A stretch of 64,000 bases of DNA from the NCBI RefSeq assembly GCF_964213995.1, contig NC_135808.1, positions 558,001 to 622,000 on the forward strand, in the 5' to 3' direction. Positions 62,454 to 64,000 of the stretch are shown here, one piece after another. The notes under the pieces were generated by a model. The model had not been told where the DNA came from. It was given only the letters and a program-made list of their open reading frames with translations, and searched no databases. This DNA is from Mustelus asterias (Eukaryota). How positions within the stretch are numbered: position 1 is the first letter of the stretch; every line of letters begins with the position of its first letter. The translations under genes and the position numbers were made by a program.

Positions 62454-64000
62454 CTGAGGGAGGAAGCATACCCGGGATTAATCGGCAAGCAAGCGTTGTA
62501 CCGACAATCAAAAGGATCACGAAAGCCAAACAGGAACCATTTCAATGGTAGGGCACCAGCTGGAGTCTTTGTGCACGTGGAAAATCCTCACCTGCTTCAT
62601 ACCCACGACCATTTAACGGCTTGGCCAGCAAGGAGCAGAGAACCCCTGTACCCCCGAGCCACAAAGCTCCCCAGGGAGGGGAATCAGTCACTCCCCACAC
62701 AGACTGTTCTACATAAAGAACAAAGAAAATTACAGCACAAGAACAGGCTCTTCGGCCCTCCAAGCCTGCACTGACCATGCTGCCTATCTGAACTAAAACC
62801 CCCTACCCTTCCAGGGACCATATCCCTCTATTCCAATCCTATTCATGTATTTGTCCAGACGCCCCTTAAAAGTCACTATCGTATCTGCTTCCACTACTTC
62901 CCCCGGCAGCGAGTTCCAGACACCCACCATCCTCTGTGTAAAAAAACTTTAAAAAACTATAGCTCCAGTTCCATGTTGTGTGGAAGTCCGCTCAGACAGT
63001 CAGACTGCCACAGAGCGGAGGAAATGGCAGCAATTTCCCCACCTGTCGAGAAAAGGTTTCACGTGGCTTGAACAATACCCAATGATTAAGTTACCACAAC
63101 TCTCTGGGGTAGAGAATTCCAAGAAGAAATTCCTCCTTATTTCAGTTCTAAATGATCTCCCTCCTATTCCAAGACTGTCCCCCCCCTGGTTCCAGAACAA
63201 GTCACCCACCTCCCCTATGTAATTTCCTCTGCTTAGATTTAAGACCCTAGTTTAGGATTGAATAAACAGTTTCAAACTTAAAACTCTATCATACTCTGGT
63301 GACTTCTCTTTGAACACTGCACAATGTTCTATTCCATTTGCAATGATGATACTGAAGTAGTCCATAATCTATGCAGCAAGAATATCGTCGATTGTCGGAA
63401 AAACCCATCTAATATCCTTTAGCGAAGGAAATCTGCTGCCCTTACTTAGTCTGGCCTACATGTACATGTGACTCCTAAGTAACATGGTTAACTCTTGACT
63501 GCCCTACCAAATGGCCTAGCAAGTCACTCACTTCAAGGCAACAAACCTGGCCTTTGCATGAAAGAACAAAATCAAATCTGGACAATATCCAGGCTTGGGC
63601 TGATAAATAACAAGTAACACACACACCACACAAGGACAAAGCAAATGACCATCTCCAACAAGAGAGAATTAACCATCCCTCCTTGACATTCAATGGCATG
63701 ATCATCCCCCACAGGCAACATCCTGCGGGCTACCATTGACCAGAAACTGAACCAGACTAGCCATATTTGGGGGTAGCACAGTGGTTAGCACTGTTGCCTC
63801 ACAGTGCCAGGGACCTGGGTTCAATTCTGGCCTTGGGTCACTGTGTGGAGTTTGCACATTCTCCCCAGCACTGCGTGGGTTTCCTCCAGGTGCTCCGGTT
63901 TCCTCCCACACGCTAAAGATGTGCGGGTTAGGTTGATTGGCCATGGTATATTGCCCCATAGTGTCAGAGGGATTAGCAGGGTAAATACGTGAAGTCAAGG

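Overview
Eukaryotic vertebrate genomic DNA, almost certainly from an elasmobranch (shark): it is dense in HE1-type tRNA-derived SINEs and CR1/HER1-like LINE fragments. The unique sequence holds a dispersed cluster of nine intronless histone genes at about 7.4-48.6 kb: three very divergent H1-like genes, three different H2Bs, and one each of H2A, H3 and H4. Each gene is followed by a histone 3' stem-loop (intact or degenerate), and each protein differs from the canonical vertebrate sequence. Two H1-like ORFs read into or through their own degenerate stem-loop and have downstream AATAAA signals. The third H1 is split by a 1-nt frameshift and ends in an acidic tail. Distal to the cluster, on the minus strand, are a two-exon divergent CALHM/FAM26-like channel gene and the last coding exon of LSM2, an MHC class III gene in mammals. 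Other elements: Penelope-like element remnants carrying minimal hammerhead ribozymes, two solo LTRs with clear TSDs, LINE-derived 59-bp minisatellites, a 106-bp palindrome and an orphan histone-type promoter. Repeat boundaries are approximate, and family names come from sequence recognition, not database searches.
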